A stretch of DNA of 64,000 bases from an uncultured delta proteobacterium (GTDB taxonomy: Bacteria; Myxococcota_A; Polyangia; Fen-1088): positions 160,001 through 224,000 of the forward strand of contig CAVWIP010000002.1 of the NCBI GenBank assembly GCA_963755125.1, read 5' to 3'. The notes below the pieces were generated by a model. The model was not told where the DNA came from, did not search any database, and worked only from the letters and a program-made list of their open reading frames with translations. Of the stretch, positions 1 to 10,013 are shown one piece after another (positions within the stretch are counted from its first letter, which is position 1; each line of letters opens with the position of its first letter). The position numbers were made by a program, and so were the translations under genes.

Positions 1-1
1 G

Positions 2-898
2 CGCAGCCAGGTTCTCGACCAGAATCGCCTTGGGCTCGACGCCGCCGCCTATCGCGCTGAGCAGATGCGCAAGCTGGCGGAGCTACTGCCCAGTTCCAAC
101 CTTTCCCACCACATAGGCGCGCTCTTTGGTTACGGACTGGCGCTTGCTGACCCTGCCAAGCGAATCGCTGCGCTGTATGACGCTGACGGCGTGGCGCTGG
201 CCGAGGCCACGGGTTGCGCTGTCGCCATGGCGCCTCGCACCCGCCGGCTGGCCTGGGCCGTCGCGGGTATGGCTTCGGGACGGCTCAGCCTCGCCAGCCT
301 GTCGCCTGATGCTGCGATCTTCTCGGTCGTCCGCAGACTGCCGCGCGCCTTTCTTACCACTGGTGCGCGTATCGTCGCGCCGGGCACCGAAGCGACCGTT
401 CTGGCCGCTGCCCGGGAGCGGCCCGCAGTGATCGTCACAGCCGGCGAGGCGCTGGTGCACGGCCAGTTCACCTCGGTGGCCATTCCCTCCGGAGACGTCC
501 TGCTGGGCGGACCAGGCGAAATGGTGGAGGTCAAGCCGGTGAATTGGCTTCCCGAGCGCGTGCGTTTCGATCTGGTCGCGCCCGGCCCGCGGCTCTTCGT
601 ACTGCTGGACGCGTTTGCCGAGGGCTGGCGCGTCTCGCTGGATGGGGCTGAAGCGCCCATCCTGCGGGTGAATTCCGTCGGACGCGGCGTGATCGTGGCC
701 GCAGGCGCGCACACACTTGAAATGCGCTTCCAACCCTTGGCGCTCAGGCTGTGGCCGTGGATTTCCTGGCTGTCGCTGCTGGCGGTTGCCGTGGCCGCGG
801 TGATGGTTCGTCGTCGGAGCGGCCAGACTGAGCGCAAGCCGAAGGACAATCGGGCGTCGGCAGTATCCGACGTCCAACCTGACAGGAACTCGGCCTAG
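2..898 (+). CDS. YfhO-like membrane protein, C-terminal part (5' truncated by window edge)
   Basis: Frame is open from the window start. C-terminus DAFAEGWRVSLDG...ILRVNSVGRGVIVAAGAHTLEMRFQP plus a terminal TM helix resembles YfhO-family C-termini. Confidence 0.6.
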   Translation, partial: RSQVLDQNRLGLDAAAYRAEQMRKLAELLPSSNLSHHIGALFGYGLALADPAKRIAALYDADGVALAEATGCAVAMAPRTRRLAWAVAGMASGRLSLASLSPDAAIFSVVRRLPRAFLTTGARIVAPGTEATVLAAARERPAVIVTAGEALVHGQFTSVAIPSGDVLLGGPGEMVEVKPVNWLPERVRFDLVAPGPRLFVLLDAFAEGWRVSLDGAEAPILRVNSVGRGVIVAAGAHTLEMRFQPLALRLWPWISWLSLLAVAVAAVMVRRRSGQTERKPKDNRASAVSDVQPDRNSA

Positions 899-932
899 TC
901 AGTCGACGAGGCGGATCGAGGGCCGGCGTCGA

Positions 933-1583
933 TCAGTGGAGCTTGCGATAGACGCCAATCACCACGCCGAGCAGATTTACGCTGCGGAAGTCCCGCTTGC
1001 GCACCACGATGGGATCCATGCTGGCGTTGGCAGGCTGAAAGCGAATGGAGTCGCCTTCCGGGTAGTAGCGCTTGACCGTGGCCTCGTCGCCGATCATCAC
1101 CACCACCACCTCGCCCGCGCTGGCCTGGAGTTGCTTGCGCACGAACACGTAGTCCCCATCCAGGATGCCGTCGTCGATCATGGACTCGCCCTTGATCCGC
1201 AGGGCGAAAACTTCGCGGCTTTGTCCGATGAAGAAGCGATCCACTTTGACCGTGTCCTCGTAGTTGCGCACCGCCAGCAGCGGCTGCCCGGCCGCGACCT
1301 TGCCGAGGATGGGCACGTCGATGGTCTGGCCGGTCGCCAGCAGGGGGCGCAGGGCGCGTGACTTGAGGTCCTCGCGCTGCAGGTAGCCCTTCTTCTCCAG
1401 GGCACGCAAGTGATCGTTCACTCCGTTGGTGGAGCGGATGCCGAAGTGGCTGCCGATCTCTCGCAAGGTCGGCGGATAGCCGCACCGGCTGATCGATCCG
1501 GAGATGAAATCAAGCACCTCGCGCTGGCGGTCGGTCAGGTCGCTGGCAGGATCATCGTCGCGCACGACAGTCAGGTGGCCCAT
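933..1583 (-). CDS. lexA: SOS repressor LexA
   Basis: [12 protein letters not shown]...GYPPTLREI wHTH, VAAG Ala-Gly cleavage site, GESM catalytic Ser, ATVKR catalytic Lys. Start moved to ATG 1583, which follows a GAGAGGAG SD. Confidence 0.97.
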   Translation of the reverse strand: MGHLTVVRDDDPASDLTDRQREVLDFISGSISRCGYPPTLREIGSHFGIRSTNGVNDHLRALEKKGYLQREDLKSRALRPLLATGQTIDVPILGKVAAGQPLLAVRNYEDTVKVDRFFIGQSREVFALRIKGESMIDDGILDGDYVFVRKQLQASAGEVVVVMIGDEATVKRYYPEGDSIRFQPANASMDPIVVRKRDFRSVNLLGVVIGVYRKLH

Positions 1584-1605
1584 GGGCGCTCCTCTCGCGG
1601 GGTTA

Positions 1606-1645
1606 CTGAACAAACGTATGGTACGGAACATATGTCCCGTGTCAA
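1606..1645 (-). promoter_or_regulatory. lexA sigma-70 promoter with two overlapping LexA-box-like sites
   Basis: Minus strand TTGACA (1645-1640)-N16-TACCAT (1623-1618). The spacer is the near-palindrome CGGAACATATGTCCCG (1624-1639). 1606-1621 reads CCATACGTTTGTTCAG on minus, 15/16 to the Myxococcus LexA box core CTRHAMRYBYGTTCAG. Confidence 0.85.
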
Positions 1646-1773
1646 GTTCAGCCCCATAACGCCGTGCGGCTTTGTCAGTTGACCGCGACCTTCTGGCGAC
1701 AGCGTTTGCGGCGGCGGCGACGGACTTCAGGATTTGCACGCAACTTTGGCGGAGCCACGCCGACAAGCATGGC

Positions 1774-2832
1774 ATGAATGAGATCCCGACCAGTCCGACT
1801 CTAGCAGCGATCGTCGGGGACGACCCCGCGCTCCGTCTGGTGCTGGCCCGTGCGGCGCGGGTGGCGCCCACGCGCATCCCCGTGCTGGTGACTGGCGAGA
1901 GCGGAACCGGCAAGGAACTGCTCGCCCGCGTCCTGCACGAGCTGGGGTTCCAGCCCAAGGGACCCTTCGTCGCCGTCAACTGTGGCACCCTGGCCCGCGA
2001 ATTGGCGGAGAGCCAACTCTTCGGCCATGAGCGCGGCGCTTTCACGGGCGCCGGATCGCGCCGCACGGGCTGGTTCGAGGAGGCCGCCGGGGGCACCCTG
2101 GTGCTCGACGAGATTGGCGAGTTGCCCGTGGACCTGCAGCCCAAGCTGTTGCGCGCGCTGGAAACCGGGCGCATCCGGCGGGTAGGAGGCAGCGGCGAGA
2201 TCGCCGTGCAGGTGCGTGTGGTGGCCACCACCCTGCGCGACTTGCGACGGGACGCCCAGCGCGGATCGTTCCGTCTGGATCTCTTCCATCGCCTGGCCGG
2301 TTTCGAGTTGCGGCTGCCACCCTTGCGCGACCGACCAGGGGACGTTCTTCGCCTGGCCCAGCACTTCCTGCGCGAGTTCGAGTCCGACCTGGGGCCGCGC
2401 GCCCTCGCGACCGAGGCCGTGCGCAAGCTGCTCGCGCATGACTGGCCCGGCAACGTGCGTGAGCTACGTCACGTGATCCGGCGGGCCGCGCTTCTGACCA
2501 GTGCGGTGATCGATGCCCCCAGCGTCGAGGTCGAAGCGCCGGGCGACCGCGCGGCGGGGACGTCGCAAGCGGCGGATACTTGCGGGCCTTTGCCGGCTGT
2601 GGCCGACTTCGCCCGGTCAGCAGTGGCGCCGCCGGTCGACAATGATCTCCTTCCTTTGCGCAACAAGTCCTTCGAGCAGATCCAGTCCGACGTGTTCGTG
2701 TGGGCGCTCCGCCGCAATGGCAACAGTCGGCGTCGTGCCGCTGCGGCGCTGGGCATTTCGCGCTCCACCTTCTGCGACCGAGTCAGGAGGTTGGGGCTTG
2801 TCCCCGGTGCCGCGCTCGCCAGCCAGTGCTAA
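1774..2832 (+). CDS. Sigma-54 enhancer-binding protein (AAA+ and Fis-type HTH) with no N-terminal sensor domain
   Basis: GESGTGKE Walker A, GAFTGA loop, LVLDEIGE Walker [19 protein letters not shown]-terminal HTH ([14 protein letters not shown]). Start uncertain (1672 or 1774). Confidence 0.9.
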   Translation: MNEIPTSPTLAAIVGDDPALRLVLARAARVAPTRIPVLVTGESGTGKELLARVLHELGFQPKGPFVAVNCGTLARELAESQLFGHERGAFTGAGSRRTGWFEEAAGGTLVLDEIGELPVDLQPKLLRALETGRIRRVGGSGEIAVQVRVVATTLRDLRRDAQRGSFRLDLFHRLAGFELRLPPLRDRPGDVLRLAQHFLREFESDLGPRALATEAVRKLLAHDWPGNVRELRHVIRRAALLTSAVIDAPSVEVEAPGDRAAGTSQAADTCGPLPAVADFARSAVAPPVDNDLLPLRNKSFEQIQSDVFVWALRRNGNSRRRAAAALGISRSTFCDRVRRLGLVPGAALASQC

Positions 2833-4133
2833 TCCCCGCCGGGCGGTTTGGCTACGCCGGCAGCGGGATCACTGGACGGCGGCGGCGCCGGGCTTGGCGC
2901 GGGGGGCGGGGGTGGGGGCTCATGGTCCGTGACTCGCATCGACGGCGGTTCCTGATCCGGGCTCTGGATGATGGCAGGTGGTGCAGGCGGAGGCGGTGCG
3001 GGTGGCGGTGCGGGATCGGCGGACGGCGGCGCGGGAGCCTCGGTTGCGGTCACCGATTCCGTCGGGTTTCCAGGCTGCGGCGGAGGCGGAGGAGCAAGGG
3101 GCACTGTGGCGGGTAGTCCCGCCCCGTAGGCCGCGGAGGGAGCGCCCGACGTGGGCGCGATCGGCTTCGGGCCCGACGCCAAGGCGCCGAACGGCGAGGT
3201 CTTCAGCCATTCTGGTTTCCCCATGTGGTTGAGCGGTCCCCGGATGCGAAATCCGTAGAACCCATCCGGGCGCTTGCCCTTGTCGTCGGCGAAACTCAGC
3301 AGGGTACGCAGCTTCTCGGAACTCTTGAGCAGAGTGTCGCTGAGCTTGAAGCGGACGTAGAGGTCCAAAGACGAAGAGGCGAGGGAGTCGTTCAGTTTGA
3401 TTTCGCCCTCCACGTAGAATTCGCCGTCGGGCGACTTGGACTGCACGCCCTGCAGGTGGCCCACGCCCTTGTCGATGGGCACGCGTCCTACGAGATTGCC
3501 GAGGCGAATCTTGGGGAGTCCCAGACCCTCGGCCAGAAAAGGGTCACCCGGTATGATCAGCTTGGCTTTGCCGTCGCCCACAACGCAGGCGCTGCACGTC
3601 CAGGTCAGCGAACCCACGGTCGCCGAGGCACGTGGGCCGGGCGTTCTCGCGTCGAGGCGCAGGTCCAATGTGCCGGAGAGCGGCAGGTTGGTGGCGGCCT
3701 TGACCCACGGAATTTCGGACAGATCGATCGCCGTCGCCGATACGTGCAGCCCGCTCTCGGTCTTCTTGCGGGTGGTCTCCAGGTCCAGGTCGCCGCCGAA
3801 GAGGTTGGCATAGATCTGGAACGTCCTGTGGCCGGCCAGTGCTCCCAGGAGCGACCAGCGGACCTTGGCCACCGGGATCACGATGCGCGTGGGCTTGCCT
3901 CCGCCCGACGGACGCGAGGAGATGGTGACGTCCTTGAATCGGATGCCGAGACCCAGCGCGGGACCCGCCGACTTGACCTCCACGTCGTAACCTTGCTGCG
4001 AGGCCAACGCCACCAGATAGTCCTTCGCTCGGCCGTAGGGCAAGGTCAGAACGAAGACCAGCAAGAACACCAACAGACCAAACGCCGCGGTGGCTCCGAC
4101 TTTCCAAAGACGGCGCAAGCGATCGCTCATCAT
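2829..4133 (-). CDS. gspN: Type II secretion protein GspN (myxobacterial type) with Pro-rich C-tail
   Basis: Last gene of the gsp cluster. N-terminal TM followed by TLPY and a beta-rich periplasmic domain. Confidence 0.8.
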   Translation of the reverse strand: MMSDRLRRLWKVGATAAFGLLVFLLVFVLTLPYGRAKDYLVALASQQGYDVEVKSAGPALGLGIRFKDVTISSRPSGGGKPTRIVIPVAKVRWSLLGALAGHRTFQIYANLFGGDLDLETTRKKTESGLHVSATAIDLSEIPWVKAATNLPLSGTLDLRLDARTPGPRASATVGSLTWTCSACVVGDGKAKLIIPGDPFLAEGLGLPKIRLGNLVGRVPIDKGVGHLQGVQSKSPDGEFYVEGEIKLNDSLASSSLDLYVRFKLSDTLLKSSEKLRTLLSFADDKGKRPDGFYGFRIRGPLNHMGKPEWLKTSPFGALASGPKPIAPTSGAPSAAYGAGLPATVPLAPPPPPQPGNPTESVTATEAPAPPSADPAPPPAPPPPAPPAIIQSPDQEPPSMRVTDHEPPPPPPAPSPAPPPSSDPAAGVAKPPGGD

Positions 4134-4137
4134 GGAA

Positions 4138-4767
4138 CTAGCCCTTCCCCTTCGCCGGGGTCTTCTTGCGCTGATCCTGCTTCACCCGCTCGTAGGCTGT
4201 GGCGGTCAACTCCACATCAAGTTTGTCACCCTCGCCGAAACTGCGCCGGATCTGCAAGCGCGTGATCGCGATGAGCCGAGGATTGGTTTCGATCTTGCTG
4301 AGAAAGGTGGCCAGTTCCTTGAGACCCACCTTGCGCAGTTTCACATCCAGGCTGTGCTCCAGGTAGCGCTTGCCCGCGGGACTGGGCGGATGATCCACGG
4401 CCTCCGGAATCTCGATGCCGGCCTCCTTGCCGGCCGCTTCGAGATCGGCGCCCAATTGCGGCGGCTCGACGCCGATACGCGCTTCCTGCGAAATCATGCG
4501 CGACTTGGCGTCCAGGTATTCGTCGCGATGCTTGGCGATGTCGGCGAGCGCCTCGCGGGTGTCGTCGTTGCTGGTGCTCAGTTCCTGCAGCGAATCGATG
4601 ATGAGGTAGCCTGCCAGCAGAAGAGCGAGTGTGACTACGGCGCCGGCCAGAATCGAGATGAGTTTGCGCTCGCGGACCGCCATCCGGTTCCATTCGGCGG
4701 TCGCATAGGCAAAGGGTCGTCGCAGGCCGCTCGCAAACTTTGCTATCAGACGTTTGATGAATCCCAC
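4138..4767 (-). CDS. gspM: Type II secretion protein GspM
   Basis: WNRMAVRERKLI-TM-coiled coil-ferredoxin-like pattern; lies after gspL. Confidence 0.8.
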   Translation of the reverse strand: MGFIKRLIAKFASGLRRPFAYATAEWNRMAVRERKLISILAGAVVTLALLLAGYLIIDSLQELSTSNDDTREALADIAKHRDEYLDAKSRMISQEARIGVEPPQLGADLEAAGKEAGIEIPEAVDHPPSPAGKRYLEHSLDVKLRKVGLKELATFLSKIETNPRLIAITRLQIRRSFGEGDKLDVELTATAYERVKQDQRKKTPAKGKG

Positions 4768-4774
4768 GGTTTCC

Positions 4775-6415
4775 TCACGGGCACTTCGAGTTGATGACCA
4801 GGCTGAACTGCTTTCCGCCTCCGCTGACCTCGGTGAGTGGGCCCTTGTTGATCTCTTGGAAGCAATCGATCTCCTTGAGCTTGGCTACCACATCGTCGAG
4901 CGATGCCGCAGAATCCACCGTGCCCTTGATGCTGGTCTTCTTGGCCTTGATGTCGAGATCCTCCACGTCGATGGCCACCTGATCGGCAGGGGGCATCTTG
5001 CGCGAGATCCGATCGAGCAGATCGTAGGCGGTGACCCGCGGCAAGGGCGCCATCTCGTCGTGCAAGGAACGCCGCAGCGCCGCCGACACCTCGGTCGCGT
5101 CAGAGCGGGCTTCCCCAAACAGTTCCTTGGTGGCGACTTTGAGTTTCTCTCTCAACTGCTGCTGCTCGCCCGACAGACGCTTGAGTGCGATGGTTCCATC
5201 CACGGCGGCACACGCCAGAAGCGCCCCGACCAAAAGGGCCAGGTGCGTGGCCTTCTGGCGCACGACTGAGAAGCTGGCGCGGTACAAGAAAGGGCCGCGC
5301 CGCAGGTCCAGCTCCCTGTGACCCCGCACGCCGGCCCAGGCTAGGGCAAACGCCAAAGCCATACGCGCGCGGCTTGCCGAACCTTCCTCGTCGACCACCG
5401 ACACCTCTCCAATCTCGTCGCTCCCTGGCGCCTCCTCGACTGCGGGCTCGGGCGGGGCCGGCCAGAGACTGGTGGGGATGCCCAGCTCTTCCTGGAGAAA
5501 CTCGGCCAGTCCCTGCAAGCGCGAGCCGCCTCCGGCCAGCATGATGGCCTCCACCGGCATCTTGTTGTGCGCGCGGAAGCTGGCCAGGGTCTGGCGCAGG
5601 TCACGCAGGAACGAAGCCAGCGCCTCCTGCAGCACCCCACCCAACTGGCGTTGTGCGGGGGTGGTGGGCTGCCGCGCGCGGCTGGGCACGAATCCATGCG
5701 TATGCTTGGCCTGCTCGGCCTGCGTGAAGCTCCACTTGTTCCCCGAGGCGCGCACCAGGGCCAGAGTCAACTCCTCGCCCGCGTGGTTGCTGGTTCGACC
5801 GAACACCGCCTCATCGCCGCGGAGGAAACAAAGCTGGCTGTGCCGGTGGCCGAGGTCGATGAACAGGCGGCAGCCGGCCGGTGTGTGCTGAGCGCGCGTG
5901 GGTTCTTCGGCCAGCAGCGCGTGATAGATGACCGGGGTGGCGTAGAGGGTGCGTGGTTCCACCCCGCACTGCTTGAGCGAAGCGAGAAAGGCCGCAATCT
6001 CCTCGCTGCGCGCCGCGACCGCCATGGCACGCGAGCCGGCGGCTTCGCTCTCACCTGTGCCTGACGCCGACAGGATGACGTGGTCCATGACGACCTCGGA
6101 CAGGTCGTGCATGATTTGCCCCTCCAACTCGTAGCCCACCACCTGTTCCACCTTGCGCGCATCGGAGAAAGGCAGGTCGAGCACGCGCAAGGCGAGCATC
6201 TCACCAGGCAGCGCCATGGTGATGGTCGACTCGGACGGCAGACGCGCCAGCCCCGCGCGCAGCGCCTCGGCCCGTCGCTCGGCCAGCGGCGCTTCGCCTG
6301 CCGGCACGGGCTCCTCGAAGGACGTGTTGACACGCGCACGGCGGAAACCCGCGTTGAAAACCGCGAACTTGACCGACCAGGATCCCAGGTCGATTCCGGT
6401 GATGGTGTGAGCCAT
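4775..6415 (-). CDS. gspL: Type II secretion protein GspL (PilM/actin-like cytoplasmic domain, TM, periplasmic domain)
   Basis: GIDLGSWSVK, FIDLGH and LAGGGSRLQGL actin-fold motifs; operon position. Confidence 0.85.
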   Translation of the reverse strand: MAHTITGIDLGSWSVKFAVFNAGFRRARVNTSFEEPVPAGEAPLAERRAEALRAGLARLPSESTITMALPGEMLALRVLDLPFSDARKVEQVVGYELEGQIMHDLSEVVMDHVILSASGTGESEAAGSRAMAVAARSEEIAAFLASLKQCGVEPRTLYATPVIYHALLAEEPTRAQHTPAGCRLFIDLGHRHSQLCFLRGDEAVFGRTSNHAGEELTLALVRASGNKWSFTQAEQAKHTHGFVPSRARQPTTPAQRQLGGVLQEALASFLRDLRQTLASFRAHNKMPVEAIMLAGGGSRLQGLAEFLQEELGIPTSLWPAPPEPAVEEAPGSDEIGEVSVVDEEGSASRARMALAFALAWAGVRGHRELDLRRGPFLYRASFSVVRQKATHLALLVGALLACAAVDGTIALKRLSGEQQQLREKLKVATKELFGEARSDATEVSAALRRSLHDEMAPLPRVTAYDLLDRISRKMPPADQVAIDVEDLDIKAKKTSIKGTVDSAASLDDVVAKLKEIDCFQEINKGPLTEVSGGGKQFSLVINSKCP

Positions 6416-6433
6416 GAGTGCCTAGCCTCGTTC

Positions 6434-7861
6434 CTACTCTTCCCGCCAGTAGCGGACCACGCCCGAGGCCTGCTCGCCCACGGGGTTGTTGGTGACGGGG
6501 TTGCCCAGAAAGCCTTGGCTGTCCAAGATGACGATGATTCTCTTTTTGACCTTGCCCGACTCACCTGTGGCCACCACCCGGTACACGCGCGGCGGTCCCA
6601 CGTAGGCAACCTGCTCGAGTTGCTTCCTGGTGATGGTAATCCCGGTCAAGCTCTGCATGAGCTGGAAGCGCGGGTCATCGCGGGCGATGGAACCGGCGGG
6701 ATTGGACAGGACGCCCACCACGGTGTCCAGCGAGTCGAATCCTACTGCCTGGCTGCGCTCGCACAGGATGCTGGCCAGCGGATACACACGATTGTCATCG
6801 AGGATGCTCAGATCCGTCGGTGGCTTGCTCGGGTCGGGGAAGAGCGCCGCGCGCACCAGACCTACGATGAGCGGTGTGCAGTCGCCCTTGACCGAGGCCA
6901 GGTTGACTCTGCAGTTCTGGTTCGGGTCACTAGCATACACGGTGAGGTTCGACGCAAAGGCCTCGGCGTAGTCGGGGTCCATGCCGCGAACCAGGTTGGT
7001 TTCATCGACCGTGTCGTAGTAGTTGTTGTGGGCCTGGTAGGGATCTTCGCGCTGGTCGTAGCGGTAGTCTTCCGGCCCAGACGCATTGGCGTCTACCGCG
7101 AAGGCTTGCTCGTCGCCATCGGCCCAGTCGATGATGGCCCGCGCGAGATCGACGCGGTCGACGAACTGGCCCTCGGCGTTGCGCTGTTCGAACAGCCAAT
7201 TGTAACGGGGCGACGCCATGAGCGCCTGCAAGAGACGGAACACCATGATCTGGCGCGTACGCACCGGGGCGGGGCCGGCGCCGCAGTTGATGTCGATCTT
7301 GCCGTCCTCGTTAGTGATCTCGGCATCCATGTGCCCCGAGGGAATGCCCAGGCCGGTGGCCCCGGTGGTGTCAATCCCGATCAAGCCGGACAGCAGCGCG
7401 GTTTCCATCTTGGAACCGGCAAAGAAGCCCAGCAGCGGGGTCACGTAGTCGGTCACGCGCAGGCTGATGCCGAGATCCTGGCCGGTCTGATCGGCGAGCA
7501 TCTTCTGCGCCTGCGCCATGATGGGCTCGACGAAACGCAGTTGAATCTTGATGAGCAGGCGCGACAACGACAGCGCAGAGCGGGCCAGGTAGTGCGCGCG
7601 CACCTCGTCGCGCGCGTTGGCTGCCTGGGCCGCGTCCACTGTCGTCCCATAGGTGAACTGCGCCACCAATGCAATCAGCAGGGACAACGAGGCGATGGTG
7701 ATGAGAAAAGCCACGCCGCTTTGCTGGTCACGCTCGCGCCGTGCCCGAAAGCGCGCGACCAGTGTCCCGCCCCACCCGGACGCACAAACCTGTCGTCCTT
7801 CTGCCAATGCCTCACATCCGGCCAGCGGCGGTGGGGGAAAGACTTGCCTGTGGGCATCCAT
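6434..7861 (-). CDS. gspK: Minor pseudopilin GspK
   Basis: QQSG|VAFLITI prepilin site lacking E5, A(H)YLARS, NEDGKIDIN, IIDWAD Ca-binding region. Confidence 0.88.
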   Translation of the reverse strand: MDAHRQVFPPPPLAGCEALAEGRQVCASGWGGTLVARFRARRERDQQSGVAFLITIASLSLLIALVAQFTYGTTVDAAQAANARDEVRAHYLARSALSLSRLLIKIQLRFVEPIMAQAQKMLADQTGQDLGISLRVTDYVTPLLGFFAGSKMETALLSGLIGIDTTGATGLGIPSGHMDAEITNEDGKIDINCGAGPAPVRTRQIMVFRLLQALMASPRYNWLFEQRNAEGQFVDRVDLARAIIDWADGDEQAFAVDANASGPEDYRYDQREDPYQAHNNYYDTVDETNLVRGMDPDYAEAFASNLTVYASDPNQNCRVNLASVKGDCTPLIVGLVRAALFPDPSKPPTDLSILDDNRVYPLASILCERSQAVGFDSLDTVVGVLSNPAGSIARDDPRFQLMQSLTGITITRKQLEQVAYVGPPRVYRVVATGESGKVKKRIIVILDSQGFLGNPVTNNPVGEQASGVVRYWREE

Positions 7862-7870
7862 GGCGTTCTC

Positions 7871-8581
7871 TCAAACCCCACCCGGCTGATAGCCGACCCG
7901 TTCGGTGACCTGCAGCCGTGCCGTGCTGGTGAAGATTGCGGCCTGACCGCGCTCATCGATGACGGTCAGGGAAATGCGCACCTGCGTGGGCAGGTATTGC
8001 AGGCCATCTGCGCCCATGGTGTTCCATTCCTCTTTCCACTCCTTCTTCTTGTAGTCGTAGTAGCTGAACTTCACACTGGCCACCGCCGGACACAGCACGT
8101 AGGTTTCACCGGGAATTTTTGCGGGATCTTTGCTTTCCAGGCGGCGGGTTTCCCGGCGCATCAGGTTGGTGATCATGCGATCGTCGGGATCGGGCTCGGA
8201 AAAGTAGCTGACCACCGCGGTATCGGCCTCGGGCCGATCCGCACGCATACGCTGGTGGCCGAACCAGGAGAAGCGCAGCTCGTCGAAGTCGGCGTGGGTC
8301 GTGCCCACGAACATGGTGCGCTTTTCTTCCACGCCCATCTTCTCGGAAGTCGAGAGGAAGGCCATCTCCACTTCCCGGGTCATGCGCATGAGCGCCACAC
8401 GGATGGTGTGCGTTCTCTCCTGCGCGTCCTCCACGCGCTTCTTGACCCGCGCCGTCTGGCTGAATGAGCCCCACAGCAGCGCGGTCACGAAGGTCATGAG
8501 AGCCAGCGCCAGCATGACCTCGATCAGGGTGAAGCCGCTGGGAGCGGTCCGCGACGCACGTGCGTGTGCGCGCCATCTCAT
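7871..8581 (-). CDS. gspJ: Minor pseudopilin GspJ
   Basis: SG|FTLIEVMLAL class III signal, W..EW and LPTQVRI motifs, ATGA overlap with gspI stop. Confidence 0.85.
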   Translation of the reverse strand: MRWRAHARASRTAPSGFTLIEVMLALALMTFVTALLWGSFSQTARVKKRVEDAQERTHTIRVALMRMTREVEMAFLSTSEKMGVEEKRTMFVGTTHADFDELRFSWFGHQRMRADRPEADTAVVSYFSEPDPDDRMITNLMRRETRRLESKDPAKIPGETYVLCPAVASVKFSYYDYKKKEWKEEWNTMGADGLQYLPTQVRISLTVIDERGQAAIFTSTARLQVTERVGYQPGGV

Positions 8582-9273
8582 CGGATAATTCCTCCCGGAA
8601 ATCCCGATGCCGGCGTGCTTCCGCCCAGTGTTCCCGTCGAGCCAGGCGTCGAGGGCAGTGTTTTTGTGCCGGTCGTCGTCCCCGTCGTGTTGGTGGCCGA
8701 ACCTCCCTGCAACGCCATGTCGAGCTTCGACGGGTCAGTGAGGAAGTTCACCACCTCGAAAACCTGCTCAGGCCGTCCGGGCTCTTGCCATTTGACCTTG
8801 ACCGTCACACGACGAACCGACTCCTCCAGGGCGACGCGGATCGGTTCCATCAACGTGGTCATGAAGCTGCCCATGAAACCCGAGAGAACTTCCATGGGAT
8901 TGGTGGACTGGGTCTTCTTTTGCGCGGCCTGTTCCACCTGCTGGGTCGCACCGGTGGGCAGCTTCATGCGCTCGACCGCGGCGTACCATTTGAAGCGAGA
9001 GAAACCCTCCTCGGTGAAGTCGCCCTCGTCTTCGCCCTCCATCTCGCTGAACCCAATCTCCAGGATGTTCTGCTCCAAAGACGAGATCTTGGTCCGTGCC
9101 AGGAAGGTGGCGGCGGTGACCATGCGAGAGTGGTAGGTGGCGCGCACGTCGCCGGTCACCGTGCGCGTAAGCACGACCAGGGCAATGGCCATGATGGCAA
9201 CGGAAATCATCACCTCGAGCAGCGAAAAACCACTTTCACTGGTGGATGGTTTGCTATCGCCATCCCGGCTCAT
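8578..9273 (-). CDS. gspI: Minor pseudopilin GspI
   Basis: SG|FSLLEVMISVAI, RRVTVKVKW, ATGA overlap with gspH stop. Confidence 0.82.
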   Translation of the reverse strand: MSRDGDSKPSTSESGFSLLEVMISVAIMAIALVVLTRTVTGDVRATYHSRMVTAATFLARTKISSLEQNILEIGFSEMEGEDEGDFTEEGFSRFKWYAAVERMKLPTGATQQVEQAAQKKTQSTNPMEVLSGFMGSFMTTLMEPIRVALEESVRRVTVKVKWQEPGRPEQVFEVVNFLTDPSKLDMALQGGSATNTTGTTTGTKTLPSTPGSTGTLGGSTPASGFPGGIIR

Positions 9274-10013
9274 GGGACGATCTCCTTGCCCTCGTCGTCG
9301 AATTGCTTCTGCAGGGGCGGCTCGACATAGAAGTTCTTGATCTGCACCCGGCCAGTCAAAGGATGCACCACCAGGGAGTAGACCGAGTCGCGCTTCTTGT
9401 CGGTGAGGTGCACGATGGCGGCCTCGGTCATCCCGAGGGGAAAGAAGTAGATGAAGCCCCGCCCGGCATCCAGCGGTTCGGCCAGCCGCGGGGTGTAGAC
9501 GTCGGCGATCAGCGCGCCTTTGAGGTCAACCGGCTTGACCACGGTTTCCTTGAACGCGCCAAACTGCGCGCGCTTGGGGCGGAACGGCTCCGGCCTGTAG
9601 CGCGCCTGCATGGCGTCCAGGCCCGCCTTCTCCTCCGCGCGTTTCTGAGCTTCCTCGGCCTCTTTGGCGAGCTTTTCGGCTTCCTTTTGCCGCGACTCCT
9701 CGGTTTCGCGGCCGCCTGCCATGATGAAACGGTCGTCGGACACCTCGGCCCAGTAGCGGCCGTTGTCCATGTCCAACACCAAGCGATGAACCTTCCCCGT
9801 GGTCGAGGCGCGGTCGAAGAGATAGCGGACGGCGCCCGCCATCTTGCTGGCCGAGGAGCGGAGATCGCTCTTGGCGAGAGAGCGAAAGCCCGCCACAGCC
9901 GAGCCGATCACCAAGGAGATGAGGACCATGACCACCATCACCTCGATCAAGGTTACCCCGGCGTCGGCAGGACCAGCCGGCGCTCGGGCTGCATATGTTC
10001 GTCGTCCCGTCAC
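9270..10013 (-). CDS. gspH: Minor pseudopilin GspH (FimT-like)
   Basis: AG|VTLIEVMVV, IYFFPLG, VHPLTGRV; TAGTG overlap with gspG stop. Confidence 0.82.
   Translation of the reverse strand: MTGRRTYAARAPAGPADAGVTLIEVMVVMVLISLVIGSAVAGFRSLAKSDLRSSASKMAGAVRYLFDRASTTGKVHRLVLDMDNGRYWAEVSDDRFIMAGGRETEESRQKEAEKLAKEAEEAQKRAEEKAGLDAMQARYRPEPFRPKRAQFGAFKETVVKPVDLKGALIADVYTPRLAEPLDAGRGFIYFFPLGMTEAAIVHLTDKKRDSVYSLVVHPLTGRVQIKNFYVEPPLQKQFDDEGKEIVP

Noticed and set aside
1694..1709. TGGCGACAGCGTTTGC as a sigma-54 promoter for the bEBP
   Set aside because: GG-to-GC spacing is 11 nt rather than the required 10.
1584..2453. Apparent 290-aa N-terminal extension of LexA
   Set aside because: Antisense to the bEBP gene and runs through the lexA promoter and SD; the true start is 1583.
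6080..8467. 795-aa plus-strand ORF and similar long ORFs (27507-29303, 49203-50765, 55349-57316)
   Set aside because: They overlap confidently identified genes and show no recognisable motifs; expected in high-GC DNA.
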